Source: Antedon mediterranea
Lineage: Eukaryota; Animalia; Echinodermata
Reading direction: 5' to 3'
Assembly: GCF_964355755.1 (NCBI RefSeq)
Contig: NC_092679.1
Coordinates: 6,354,201 to 6,418,200 of the forward strand
DNA length: 64,000 nt
Shown here piece after piece: positions 1 to 15,100 of the stretch. Below the pieces are notes generated by a model. It was not told the DNA's origin. It saw only the letters and a program-made list of their open reading frames with translations, and ran no database searches. The translations under genes and the position numbers were made by a program. Position 1 is the first letter of the stretch; the number at the start of each line of letters is the position of its first letter.

Positions 1-63
1 AAACAAAAACCTTGTTAGTGTTCTACAGTACTTGCTCAACTTGTAAACTTTTGTTTTTGTCAG

Positions 64-134
64 ATATAATATTTGCGGGAGTAAATGTTGCACAGGCTGG
101 AGTTATGACACCTCAACAGGATCATGTACAAAAC
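64..134 (+). CDS. LTBP: LTBP-like exon: N-terminal 4-Cys motif
   Basis: cag|...|gtaagt; [23 protein letters not shown]. Confidence 0.88.
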
Positions 135-3100
135 GTAAGTACTGAGCTAATCCCCCCTTCCCTTCCCCAATTTACCTGACCTTGTGTTCCAATTCTTGTT
201 AAAGTGCACTGTTCTACTCTAATATTTAATAATTAATATAATATTAAAAGTATTTTTTTCTTTTCTTTTTTTTTAAACCTTTCGATTTTATTTATAAACT
301 TAAATCACCCTGAGCTATTTTCATTGAACCGCAAGAACGAGTTAATTTTGACATTTTTTTTTTTTTTTTTTTTATTATTTCATTTCCAAAAACACAACGC
401 GCCACCAGCTGTGACAACAAGACAAAAACAAATAAAAAATGGTTTTTTTTATAAATACATGAATAAATTAAATTTAAAGATATAAATTTGAGTATTAATA
501 CAAATAATTTCTCCTTTTTCCAATTTTGATAACATTAAAAAAATTAACATTTTTGAAGAAAAAAAGGTCAAAAAACCGGTGAAAGACAAAAAAACAAAAA
601 CAGTATTGCTTTTATCAGTCATTTTAAGAAACAAGAAATCTTTATTTACGGAGCATATAAATGTACAATAATTGAATTATGCCTTTACAATTATGATTTA
701 AAGTGCAAAAGTTCAAATATGTAATAATTGAATAGCAATTTCAACTTGCATGTTTTGTGTTCCAAGAACTAAAAATAGACAGTGCTGAAATCGGTACCAG
801 ATAACAATTGTTGCTCACAATTTATTTTCCAGCGGTATGCGTTCCGTACTGTAAAAATGGTGGGAAATGTGTGCGTCCAAACTATTGCACATGTCCTACG
901 GGATACACTGGAAATTATTGCGAAAGGCAAGCCATATCGTCCACGAGAACTCAGTCACAACCGGTGGGCGGATATAGACAGCTATCCGTTTACCGAACGT
1001 CGTGGAACTACAATAGTAAGTTTAGATCCGAAAATTTCTTTTGATCTTAACTAACATTTGTTCTTGTTTTAATATTTGAAGCGGTACCAAAACCATTAAC
1101 AGCTAACTTATGCCGCATGCCTATCAGTGCGCCAGATAATTTCCCCAGATCGACACAATATGAATTGTTTTTTTCATTCTCGCTCAAAACATTAACAACG
1201 CTTGAAAAGTATTACCGGCTAATATCAAACATATTGTGCATGTGTAACAGCATGATCTTGCAGATATACTAAGTTTATTTACTACTAACAATTTTTTAAT
1301 AACTAGCTTTTATGGAAGTGTGACAAACGAAACATCTTTACAGTCAACAAAATCCCCAGTTTAGATTGATAATAGTAATTTTACTATGCATAATTACAGA
1401 GTACAGTAGTCTGTGAATACTAGCGTTCTTTGTATCAACGTGAAGTTTAAACTTGAGAATAAAATCCATGAATGGATACAATTATTTTATATTTTGTGGG
1501 ATAAATAAATTGTTTCAATGTTATATAAAGAAGTTATTCTTGAATGCAATAGGGAGTTAGGGTTAGAGTTGCAATATTATTGATTAACACCCTAATTTAA
1601 AAGGACAGTTCTATGGTTCTTGACATTTTCTACAAATGTTATTGTTAGAGATTATTTTTACCAAGGAATTGTATTGTAGGAGGTACCATACAGTAGACAA
1701 ACCATATAATATAAAACTATTATTCATACTGTAATGTCTCTTACTTACACTAGTATTATTATTAAGTGAATTATAATTATTTAGTTAAATTATTTTACAT
1801 GTAAATGTCATAGATTGTGAATCTAGTATTTATGTACAGTATTGCATTACTATTATCTCAATTAATCGATAAAATAATCAATCAATCAATCGGTGAATTA
1901 AGTGAAATAGTTATTGGAAATAATTATGATGCATAGAATAGATCCATGTTATGTTAATACTAGTAGATCTATGTCAAAATCTATTTATAGTATTCTTTGG
2001 GTGAATACAATTAGCGAAATTATAAATAAATGTAAATGAATGAGGATACTGTATGGTCAATAAATATAATCTGTCAGAAGAGTGTATTTCCAGAAACATT
2101 TTGTCATATGCCACCTAAGAAGATAGTCATTGATCAATTGATAAAAATAACCTTTAAATAGGTTATGATTATACTAACTAATCCACAAGCCTTTGGGACA
2201 TCGTTATAGGTACCGACTTGGTTAAGTGCAATCTAAAGTTCCGGTTTTATTACGCTTAATAATTACATGATGGTCTACGGGTGTTTTCCAATTTAAATTT
2301 GTTGGTGTATTGTATTCGGAAATCTGTTAATCCTCTAGAATATCCTCTGTTTTTGTTAATCCCTTCTGGATTTAGACTCAATTAGTATGTTGGTTTACAA
2401 TGATTTTAACAGAATAAAAACATCATGTTTACCAGATTTTTGCTTTTAATTCGATTTTCTGGTTTTTTAATTATAGTTTCATGTTTCAATTAAGGTGTGT
2501 CATTTTCAATTACTTGTTTTTTAAAACTACTTCTTTTTGCAGTATTAATAATAGTATTTTAATTTTGATATTTTGCCCTAATCTGACCTAATTTGTACTT
2601 TATATTAAAGTACATTGAAATTAATTGTGAAAATAAGTAATTCTAGACTCGAACCCGCGACCTCCAGATCATTAATCTGGCGTTCATATCTCTATACCAC
2701 CAAGCTTGCTAGTTTGTTAGGTTCAAGCCGAAGTAAGCAGCATGTAATTGTTTGTAACTACTGTGGAGTAGCCAAGCTACAAAGCTACTGATTCATCCTG
2801 ATGAAGTAATCTGGTCTATTATATATAAAAGAACTGTAAACCGAACAAATTAAATTGTTAGAGACATTTAATAAATATAAAAAATGTACATACTGTAGAA
2901 ATAGACATTCTCTTTTGATGTTCTTTCATTTTCTTTAGGAAACTGAAGTTCAAATATTACTAACTCAATTGCATGTATGTTTCAAACTAGATTGGTTTAT
3001 ATGAAGAGATGACGAGAGTTTAGACAGTGTATGAAAATGGTGAGATAATATTAAAAAAGGAATTAATGGCTAATAATATTATTATCTGAATATATTTCAT

Positions 3101-6100
3101 GCTATACTAATAATTATCATAATTGATAAATCATCATTATCATCATCACCACGACAGCCACCGCCACCATCACCACTATCATCACCACCATTGCCACCAC
3201 CATTGCCACCACCACCACCTTCGCCACCACCACCACCTTCGCCATCGCTAACCACGACCGCCACCATCACCACAGCCACCACCACCACCATCACCATCGC
3301 CACCACCATAACCATTGCCATCACCAACCATGACCGCCACCACCATCACCATCATCGCCACCATCACCTTCTCCACCACCACCATCGCCACCACCACCAT
3401 CGCCAACCATGACCGCCACCATCACCACCACCATTGCCACCATCACCATTGTCACCATCACCATCGCCACCACCATCGCCACCACCACCACCATCACCAC
3501 CACCACCACCACCACCACCATCATCATTATTGAATCAACATAATCATTACATATTGAGATTTCTTTTGCAGCTTTGTCTTGCACTACATATCATAGTCAT
3601 ATATGCATGCTCACATCCTAAGAATGATTAGACTCATGTTCATTAGGGTATGTGCCTAACAAATCCATAGCTTTATAATAATGCAATAATAATAATAGTA
3701 TTATAATAAAGATATTTTTGTAAATTATAATGTAAAAATAGAATATTTAAATAAAGTATTAAATAAACAATAAACAAGACTTTGAACATTTAGACCTTAA
3801 AGATTTTCAAAATAAATTAACCAAATAGTTAAAATTAATTATAATTTTTCTATCACGCTTCTGAGACGTGTTCTCAATGTGTATTCTTTGTGTCATAGGA
3901 GGTACACAGATATCGTCACAAATACAGCCACGCCCCACCACCCCAGGGGCGTGTTACCGCAGGATAAGCGGTAGTCGTTGTGCAGCGCCCATTACAGACA
4001 TGACTACCAACATGGAGGATTGTTGCAATTCAATAGGGATGGCCTTTGGATCGCCTTGTAGAAGCTGCAGTTCCTATTACAGTAGGTAGCTCTCAGCAAA
4101 AACCTTTACCTTTTTATCCATTTTCTTTCCCCACTTTACTAACTTTTTTGATTTTGTAAAAATTGTAGTACTAAATCTGAATTTTTGTATAGTGCAAGAG
4201 AATATAGCAGCTCATATAAAACTTATTAATGTTATATAACAATTCTCTGTGTAAGAATTATAGGTAACATTTTTTTGACACATCCTGAAAATATTTTACC
4301 CACAGAATAAACATTTTCTGCATACAGATTTTTATAAATTTAATTATGGTTGAATATTGCATCTGCTATTTGCTATTATTATTTACCATAAAAGTGTTAA
4401 CTAACTTAATAGTAAACTTATCATTGAGTAAAAACATGAAAGTGTGTTTTTATTTGTACATTTATAGTTTGTTTAGAATGTATTCTTCTTTATCAATAGC
4501 TTACAGTACATTAGCTAACATACTTCTTGGGATATTTTTAAATACTTGACTGGTTTTTAAGTGATGGCTGTGTAACTTCCATATAACCTTTTACAAGTTC
4601 GTTATACTGTAAGTTGACAAATTAAATTTCTGTCAAAGTATTCAATTATTGTTGCTTATAAGCATTTTTTTCTTCTAACATTGAATATCTTGTAGTTCTT
4701 GATAAAACATTCACGGAGAATTTAAAACATTTTGAAGTTTTGTTTTGAGTACTCATAATTTTATACAATTCTTTAAAAAAAAATAATGAGTACCTATACA
4801 GTTAAAAACGGCTTTACCACAGTTCTCGTCAGATCACTAAGCAACGTTGGGCCTGGTTAGATCACTGGGAATATTGGGTACTGTGTATGGAGCTGAGGCC
4901 CCATTAGGCATTGCTGACTCTGCATCTACTGTAGTATAGTGTCTGCCTCAGACTTATTTGCTCATGCCTTTCCTCTGGTCAAGGTGGGCATTAGGTGAGA
5001 GAAGCACTTGATCATTGATTGATATGATGACCAAGCAATGTGCTTTAGTCCTGGCTTAGTTTCATCCATCATTCAGGTGAATATAAAACTAATTGTCGTT
5101 GGTGACAGATGTCAGCCATAAACCAAAAAGTCAAAACAATAATTTCCATTAGGACACACCTATGCAGAGGACATCTCTATTAAGTGTAAAATGTTTTGAT
5201 ATTAAAACCAACACTTATTCAAGGGACACTCTTTAGAGGACCAACACTTATTCAAGGGACACTCTTTAGAGGACCAACACTTATTAAAGGGACACTCTTT
5301 AGAGGACCAACACTTATTAAAGGGACACTCTTTAGAGGACCAACACTTATTCAAGGGACACTCTTTAGAGGACAAACACTTATTAAAGGGACACTCTTTA
5401 GAGGACCAACACTTATTCAAGGGACACTCTTTAGAGGACAAACACTTATTAAAGGGACACTCTTTAGAGGACCAACACTTATTAAAGGGACACTCTTTAG
5501 AGGACAAACACTTATTCAAGGGGACACTCTTTAGAGGACCAACACTTATTAAAGGGACACTCTTTAGAGGATACTTTGTTTGGTCCCAAGCTAAGGTTCT
5601 ATCTACTGTATTATTTATTTAAACTGAATATTATTATTACAATGCAAGCTAATGTATGACTATGTACATATTGGTTAAAAAATATCTGCTGTTTACGTCA
5701 CGTATGCATCTATTCTGGATTATGTTTTAACTCTCTGACATATAAAGTTAAGTATAAATAAATGTTGTGTTTAATCCCCTCAATTAGGAAAATGACATAA
5801 ATTTGAAATAAGTATACAATGATTTGCACAATCAGGCTTTTTAGTTTGTAAACCTGATGTTTCATCAAATTAAGTCATCTGAATGATCCATATAAATGAT
5901 TCAATTACTGAACATTTTTATTAAAATTGTTATTTTTTATATAATGAAAAATGCATTATGCTTGTAATAACATTAAAATAGTTAAAAGAATTGATAAAAA
6001 GCGTGATAATTCAATCGCATCCTGGTTGGATCATGACCAACATTTAATCAATTCGTCCTTTTAATCGCCCACTACATTAGTTTTTTCTCTTTACATTATC

Positions 6101-9100
6101 TCGTTCACATTCAGACTCACAAAAAAAGAAAACAAACATTTGTTCAAATTCAAAAATTTATTCAAACCTATAAACCTCATTGAAAGTAATTGTAGCAATA
6201 TTCTACTGAAGTTACTGCAGTAACTCAATATTTTGAATACAATAATTAGAGTCTATTTCGTGCCTAACTTACCTGGATAAACCGGCATTGATCTATTTTC
6301 TCTGAGAAGAGAGCTACTCGAATATACAATTTATGAAAAACTTCTTTCAGATAATGGTACATTCCATGAACACACAACTATCATCATTTCTTTTGAATAC
6401 AATAATTATGATTTTAGTTTCTTTCAATGTAGAAGCCTTTATGGTGACAATAAACAGTGTGTACAGTATGATTACCCTAAACAATTCAATTTAAGCTTTA
6501 TCTACACTACCAAACTTTATGTGACAAAAAAGTGTGATGTCCCCAAATATTCTAGTGATATGCTTAAATATAATGATATGACATCATGATGTCCATATTT
6601 GGGCACATCACATTTTTTTGTCACATAAAGTTTGCATAAATAGATTATTTAAGAGTAAACAAAAGCAGTGAATAAATAGGCGTAATAAGGATTTTTTTAA
6701 TGAGATTTTAATGCCAAACCTTTTTATAAAAAGACCCAAATTATATTACTGTACATACAGTATATCTTGTTAGTTAAATTTTAAATTGATAGAAATTATG
6801 AAGTTATATAATTATTATAATAATTATTGATGTGTTTTTCTTGTTTACCTGCTCTTTTTCACCAATGTTAAACTTCAACTTGACTTGTTTTATGAAGATA
6901 ATAATAAAGTGTTAAATCGTTTTGTATCTTACAGTCCCTAACAGTTGACCCAATTTTTGCAGTTTCTAGTTTTTATTCCCATTTTTCATATATACAGTTC
7001 TTTGACCTTTGATTCAAATTGATAGAATCCTTTTGACTTCCATTTGTCCTACAAACGACTTTGTTGCTATACCTGTACAGGAAATTAAATTATTATTACA
7101 ATAATATTTTATTACATTTTATTTCAATTTAATTTGCCGTTGAAATATAGAAATGTAAATCCAGGTTATGTGATAGAAATGTAACAGCTAAAGTTTGTCT
7201 CAATTTTCTACCCAGGTGATATTTTAATAATCCTCACAGGTGTAATAGTACCAATGTTATTTCTAAACATTAGTTGAAACTTTAAATAGATTTCAACATA
7301 TTTAGGTAAAATTAAATTTAGATATTTAATTCATTTCACAGTGAGTTTTTGATTTAGATAAATATTGAGAAATGATTGGTTAACTTAGTTTTCGTTGCCA
7401 GGTGACACCTGGAATTTCAATGACACCTGCTATCGCATACTAATGTGATTATTTAAAATACATTCAGTTTAAAGTGATGTTTTATATTTTATGTTGGACT
7501 TATTTTTTTTATGATAATATATACAGTGTAAATTCTGTTGTATATGAAATTAATCATTTTACAGATAATTATATACGGTTTAAAAGTTTGCTTGGCAAAA
7601 TCAAATATTGATGCAAAGTTTGCGGTATACCATTATAGTTCTGAAAGAAACTGTTGAGTTTTTTACGTTTCTATCATATACATTGATCTTTTCTTTTCCA
7701 AGTGACCAAAGCGCTGTACAATTTTTTTTTCTATTTATTTATTTTTTTTATATTTTATTTAATCGAAACCAACAGCGATAATTACCGCCACTAACAGGTT
7801 TGAGACAAACAAAGCCAGGACTGTTTAAAGCACCTTGATTGGTCCTAACATTGATCAAGGGCTTCTCTCGTCCAGTGCCCACCTTGACCAGAGGTCTGAG
7901 GCAGATACTAGATGCAGGGGCTGCCATAAAAGTCAGCAGTGCTGATTTCAAATGCCTAACAGGACCCCAGCTCCGTATACAGCACCCGTTATTCCCAGAT
8001 GGTCTCCCATCCAAGCTCTAACCAGGCCCAACGTTGCTTAACTTCGGTGATCTGACGAGAACCGGTGTTTCAACGTGGTAAAGCTGTATTCGGCTTATAT
8101 AGTATTGATAATACTATAATACTCAACTTATACTTACAAAAACAAATATGGAAAATGGAATGAAAATACGAAAATATATATACTGTATATATAAAAACTA
8201 AAAAAAAGTTACCGTAATTTCATAAACATACCATATCATACTGTAATAATAAAATCCTAAAATGAAAACTACGAAAAAAAGTGGCATTTAAAAAAAAATG
8301 TTTCTATACAAATTATGTGTTTTAGGATTTACAAGGAAAATCCATAATTTATTTTTAATGAAATGATTGCCAAGAAAGTAATATGGTAGAATGTTTCTTG
8401 GCAAGACACTTCCCATGCCTATTGGCATTTTCTAGCCCTATTTTACCCTCTAGACTGTATATTATTATACGATAACAGATAAGTGCCTACAGGCTATTCG
8501 GATATCAAATTATGACCAAAATCATAACTTCATTTTTGCTCATTTCCTTGGATGAGTTCAGCTGAAACTAACATGAGATGTCTTTTCTTTTCTCAAAAAT
8601 TTTCAGATTCCAGTCCACCTTAATCATTAAAAAAAAGTTTGCTATTTTGGTTTTGTAGCCAATAGTTTCAGCAAATATAGAGGTTGTTTCATCACAGAAT
8701 ACCCACTAGCTAAGCCTTGATGCAGATACAAAATATTAATATTTTTTAGCAGACATATGTTTCAATATATTCAATCAAATTTTTTATTGTCAGAAACAGA
8801 TACTTTTCTAATATCTATTGCATTTAGGAGGTTGGTCTTTCATTTGGAAAGTCGCCAACATAGTAGATCCACCTTTCAAGAAGTCTGAAACAAAGTGAAA
8901 CTAATATTGTTTGATGGTAATCAAATTTAGATGATTCCTGCTCTGGGAGTTTCTATCTACTTGCTGTGCTTTGCAATTATTTTATTTTATAAGTCTTGAG
9001 TGTTAGTGAAATGGACAAAGTATTTCCCAAAGCAACTCAATATTATACTGATGTAGTTTTGTTTTAGAAAAATATGTAGCTTTTAAAGAAACGGTGGAAT

Positions 9101-12100
9101 TAGAAAAAAAGTTTTGTGTAGTTCATACTATACACATTCGTTCAGTATATTAAAAATAAAAGTATTAAACTGTGGGTAAAAAATATCTACTGTTAATTAT
9201 AACATATAAACATATAACATAACATATAACATATATACATTTGCAACAACATTGATAATAATCAAACTTATTTTTCATCAGCAGTAAAGCAGAACAAGCG
9301 TTGTAATATAAGCTACTTTTAAAAAAAGTGGTGCTACTGGAGCCACCCTTTAACCTCTGTCTACAATATCAAACTAGTTTGACAAAAATGCCTAAATATG
9401 CTAGTAATATGACATCATCGTGTCCATACAGTATATAAGCATATCACATTTTTCACATAAAGTTTGATAGTGTCGACAGAGCTTTAAATATAATTTAGAG
9501 TCCCCTTAACTTGTAGTCTAAATCTCCTATGCAATGCATTATATACAGTTTCAGTAGAGTTTTTGTATTCCAAGGCTAGTACTTTAGTTTAATATTACAC
9601 AGTATGTATCAGCTGCAATAGGCAAACATTACTAAAAAGGAAAAATAAGTCAACATTCATCCACTGTACACCTGTGCTTAAATATAAGCACAACTTTAGC
9701 TGTATGTTATAGATAGTACTCCTACCTTACCTTACCTTTCCCACTCAATTAAAGCAATCAAAGCTAATAATTACATTCATATTCTCTCATCAAAGGCAAT
9801 TCACGCCGAGTGTTTCTTATTCAATTACTTAACGACTCTAAAAGCACACAACATGAGGACTACAGATAAACAAAATATTAGTACTAATGTTAGACATAAT
9901 GCAGACAGAGTTAGCAACATATAGGAACAAATTCATTACCTTTACTCAGCTTTCCCTATTTTAGTCGTCGATAAAAATTCCAATTCCTTACGGATCTAAG
10001 AATGCGAGACATGGAAGTAACTTTTTTTTTATTATTAATAAGTTGGCCTGTGTTACATAGCATTCTCACGAGGCATTTCTGTACAATTAAGGCGAGTGTG
10101 TGTAACAGTTGTATTTAGCTATCAGCACTGTACCTTGGCCTAAGCACCAACACTCCCGACATCCTTATGATTAAATAGAAACACCTTGTGGTTCCAGGCG
10201 CAAGCTGCAGACGTTACCGTTGTCTCCCATGTCCATGTGGCGCTGATCATACACGTAGTACTGCCTATTCTCTTGAGGGCGGTCTAATCTTGTTACAGGT
10301 GGTGGTCATCGTGTGGATTTTAAATTTGATTATATGCTAATGCATAGCAAGTATATGACATTATTTATGTAATGTGCAATCATATTACCATAATGATATT
10401 TGGCTGAAAGAGTTAACAGATGAAAGAAATGAATTTTCAAGAAAAATTCCAATCATTTGTTAAAATCATGCACGTACAACTAATAACGTCCAAGGTTCAA
10501 CTTTTTGAATCATGTTTTTTGACAAAACATCCCTTCTACAAATTAACAAGTCCTTCAGAAATTACAAAATACATATTTTTAATAGTTACTTTATCACAAA
10601 CTTTAGTTTTTATGATAGATAGTTAGATTGAAGGCCTTTATGTATTTAATTAGTGTTGAGTGATTATAACTTTTAACATTAATTTTTATAATTTGACATT
10701 ACTTTTATTTTTGTAGCTCAAGGCCACCAATGCCCAAGAGGATTTAAGTCTGACACCCACAGAAGATGCATCGGTAAGTACTATTTAATCGTTGTTCTAG
10801 CCCCCACTCCCATATCCTGCCTGGTTAAAGGCCAATTCTGCAATTAGAATTAAAAGTGAGAGATTTAAGGACCATTACTATAATGTCACAACATACTTTT
10901 CTTATAAATCCAATTAGATTTTTTATCTATTTTAAAATCCATATTTACAAGACTGATCTGAAGTTCAATGCCAATTGTTGAATTCCAATAAATGTCTTAA
11001 TATATGAACATACCCTTGTTGAAAAAATAAAGTTAAAACACATAATATATAAAGATACAGAAAAGTTCCCAAAATCTCTACAATTTATCTGGCTGTTTTA
11101 TTTTATTGTTTTCATTTATCTTTTTGCCTTTTTATTTTGTATCTCCTTGAGATCCAGCTACTGATACCCACAGCATTTTTTCAGTAATTTGCCTTTGGAT
11201 TTATATACAGAATAGAGCAATACATCCTATCCCGATGTGTAGAATTTGGTATACATAGGGAAAAAATCATTTTAAGGATGGAAACTGTAGATGGAATAGC
11301 ATACCCTTACAATCTGAAAAGATTATTGTGTGAAAATTGTCATTTCAATCAATTGTATGGTTTCATAATTTGATTGTGATTTCATACAATTATATAATAT
11401 GACAACTTCTTACAAGAGAATACAGTGTACCAGTTCTATGTCATTGGTTGTCTAGAATAAGGTATTATTAACAAAAGCGTCTTAGAATCGGAGGTGACGT
11501 TATAATTGTAGGTAGTTGAAGTACCATAGAAGTTGATCTAACTGATAAACCAGGTTTCAGACAGATTGAATCTTAAAAGGAGATTAAGCCAAAAAGTATT
11601 TCCTTTGTAAAGTGCTGTTTTTATGACATCAGATATTTGAACAAAATTTAAAGCTAGATGATCATAGAGGGAGTTTGATTTGATTCCTTAATGTTTTTTT
11701 TTTAAACCATATTTAATGAGCGTGATCCATCCAGCAACTGCTGATCATTAGGGACCCTCAGAGGTTCACAAGACAAACATACACACAAGATGCTCTACAT
11801 AAACAAAGTCTTATTACAAGTCTTTGGGAGTGGAGTAATTTTGTCATGTGACGGACTTGAAAAAGTTTAATGACTCCCTCCACCCCAAATGCACCTGTTA
11901 ATAACACCAAATTGGAAAAATGCTCAAGGTAAAAGAACCTTTAAATACAGAGCAACAAAAGAAAAGAATCTCTTACCAACTGAAATTAGAACAAAAGTAA
12001 CTGGCAAAAATATCTATAAATTCAAAAACATATCAACTCAAATGTCATGTCTAACTAAAGTGATCCTACATATATATTTTTTTATCTACTTATTGTACTT

Positions 12101-15100
12101 TGTAGTATGTATGTGTGAATGTATGTCTTATAAAAAAGATATTTTTTTGTAGATATCTTTAAAATTATGTATGCTTTTACTTTGTGTATATATGTTTAGT
12201 TTACTGTTGAACTGGACCATTTTGAAAAGCAGTAATAAGTTACTGAAAATGCAATCCAGACAAAAGAAAGATTAAATAAATAAATAATGCAAGGCTTGAT
12301 GCTACTACCCAGGAACATGGAATTTTTCCAAATCATGTTAAATTATGTGTAAATTGTTCGTTTTTAAATAATTTTTGGGAAATACAATTTAATACTATAG
12401 AATCAATTCAGTCACATCAATCAGTTATAACCTTTAAATGAAAATACATATTTGACAAATATGTTCATTTTTCTGGCGTCAATGAGGGAAAACGGGGAGT
12501 GAAAGGAAAGTGTTTCACGCTGATCTGGCACAAGCAACCTGTATTTCCATTAGTATATATATCCCTGTGTTCTATCACAAAATGAAACTTATATGATTAA
12601 AGTAAAGAAAGCATTAGTTTACTTTGATGCAGTTAAATACTTGTTTATCTTTATATGGGATAGATTTAAGCCCATTAGATCCTTTAGAATATTAACTACT
12701 TTCTGGCTGCTTGATAGTGTCATTTCTTTGTCTCCAAAATGGGTTTTAGCCAAATTATTTATGTTAAGATACAGTGATTATTTTAATCAAGGTTTCGTTT
12801 TACGGACATATCTATAATAAGACCCTGATTATACCCATTCAATACCTCAAGTTCTGCCAGAAAAAAATTAAATTCGTATTAGTCTACCCACATCTTAAGC
12901 TCTGTCCACACTCAACACACTCTATGTGACAAAATCTGTGATGTGCCCATATGGACATGATGACGTCATATCACAACCATATTTGGGCATATCACTAGCA
13001 TATTTGAGCATATCAATACCATATTTGAGCATATCACTAGCATATTTGAGCATATCACTAGCATATTTGAGCATATCAATACCATATTTGAGCATATCAC
13101 TACCATTTTTAGGCACAAGATTTGTTTTTGTCAAACTAGTTTGTTAGTATGTGTAGACAGTTAAGGAAACTTCAATATACAATAATATATAAATTATAAA
13201 AGTTAATAATTTGGTCTTATCATGGTACCTATTAAAAAATGTACCTAATTTTTCTATTTATGGAATCGATTTTATCAGAATTACTGTAAAAAAAGTGTAT
13301 ATACGGCACGGCCTCCTGCATTTTTGTATTTCTACAGATTTTAATGCATAATATGTATTTACATATCCCATCAAAAGTTTATGTAATTATTAATATTGAA
13401 ATTAGTTTTTCCATTTTTAGCAACAAGACAACCGCAATATTAAACCATAGAAATCATGACCTCTTCATATCTGATATTGATCTTTCTATTTCTCTTGATT
13501 TTAATTTCACTGACATATTGTGTCATACAGTTAAATTTAAATGCACATTCCATCAAATAGTATTCATTAATACTGAAATCTGTCTACTTTTAAAGTCATT
13601 TTTAGCAACAAGACAACCGCAGCCAAAGTTTATGAAATGCATGACCCCCTACAAAATTAATTGATGATAACCTTTCTCCTTTTTTTTAATTAGACTGTAT
13701 ATGCAGTCGTGTACATTTATCCATCAGTCAGTTTAGTTTAAAAATTGATTCTTCCTTTTTTGAGATAGGAGGCGGCCAAGTCCATGAGAAGCTAAACTCA
13801 ACTGGTGCTAACTGCAGTTCATTAGTTCGAACTCTGGTTAGGGCCTTACTCAGGTTTGGGTGCCAGTATGACTTTTCACTTTCTTCCCTTTCCTTGATCT
13901 TCCACAACACCTATTTAATGTTTTATGTTTAGTAGTTGAGGAAGGAGTGTGGGTTTTTTTATAGTGACATTGAATGAAAGAGTTTACTACGGTAAAACAT
14001 CATACATAGCTGCAATAGTTATAAAGAATATTTTGGCTCATGAAGTGAAGATCTAAACATTTTATTATTGCTTCACAACTTCCTCTCCTAAATTAGAGAA
14101 GCGTGTTTGCGATCATTTCATTTGAGCAGACATTCTTGACATTGTTATTATTTACAATAATTTGATAAATTTGTCTTGATATTTTAGCAAGATTGTAGAT
14201 TCATTAATGCTGAAATCTGTCTACTTTTGAACGCTGATACTATCTATTGCCGCTGGGCATCCCATGACATCTAGCACATTGTGATTCATCAATAAAATAG
14301 ATCACACAATAACCCTTTCAACTGTAAATTGTGTTGTCAGTGATGCTATCAATACAATAATATCAGAATTTAGGTCTTAAGGACATTTTTATTAAATTGC
14401 TACATTTTTTAGGTTTTTTTAACAATTGTCTATAATCCCGAGCTTGAGTATTAATCCTGAGCTTGAGTATTAATCCCAAGGTTAAATAATTCCAACCTTG
14501 AGTAATCTTAACCTTGAATAATCCCAACCTTGAGTATTATTCCCAATCTTAAGTATTAATCCCAAGATTGAGTTTTAATCCCAAGCTTGAATATAATCCC
14601 AAGCTTGAGAATTAATCCTGAGCTTGAGTACTAATCCAGAGCTTGAGTATTGATCCCAAGCTTAAGTATTCCCTAGCTTGAGTATTAATCCGAATCTTGA
14701 GTATTATTCCCAAGCCTGAGTATTAATCCTGAGGTTGAGTACTAATCCAGAGCTTGAGTATTAATCCCAAGCCTGAGTATTAATCCCACCACTTAATTTT
14801 CGTCACATTTTGGGATTGATGGGATTGATAATTCATACTTGAATTGTACTATATAAAAAACAGAAAGAAGGAGTTATCTTATTATTAAATGTCTCAGTAA
14901 ATGATTATAATTTTTTATTTTGTTCTTTGTAGACGTGAATGAATGCAGCAGCTTTGAGCATCTATGTATGCACGGTCTTTGCATCAACACTCTTGGAAGT
15001 TATCGATGCGATTGCAACTATGGTTACGTGAGCGATTCATCCAACACGCAGTGTGTCCGTAAGTTACAGTACAAATTGATAGCGTTATCCTTTAAGCTTA

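Noticed and set aside
2640-2845. Antisense tRNA-like box followed by CCTGATGAAG, a possible second hammerhead
   Set aside because: No stem II or GAAA core follows; at best a decayed repeat fragment.
3097-3631. His/Pro/Thr/Gly-rich ORFs in several frames
   Set aside because: All are translations of the CAC microsatellite inside an intron.
5196-5570. Repeat-protein ORFs or CRISPR-like array
   Set aside because: Head-to-tail 33-bp minisatellite without spacers; eukaryotic context and no cas genes.
7975-8091. Functional 5S rRNA gene
   Set aside because: Termini are diverged, there is no oligo-T terminator after the 5S part, and it continues into a body shared with another dispersed copy; treated as a SINE head.
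13769-13853. Possible extra LTBP exon ([16 protein letters not shown]...)
   Set aside because: Available donors are phase 0 or 2, incompatible with the phase-1 neighbours, and it would interrupt the hybrid-cbEGF junction.
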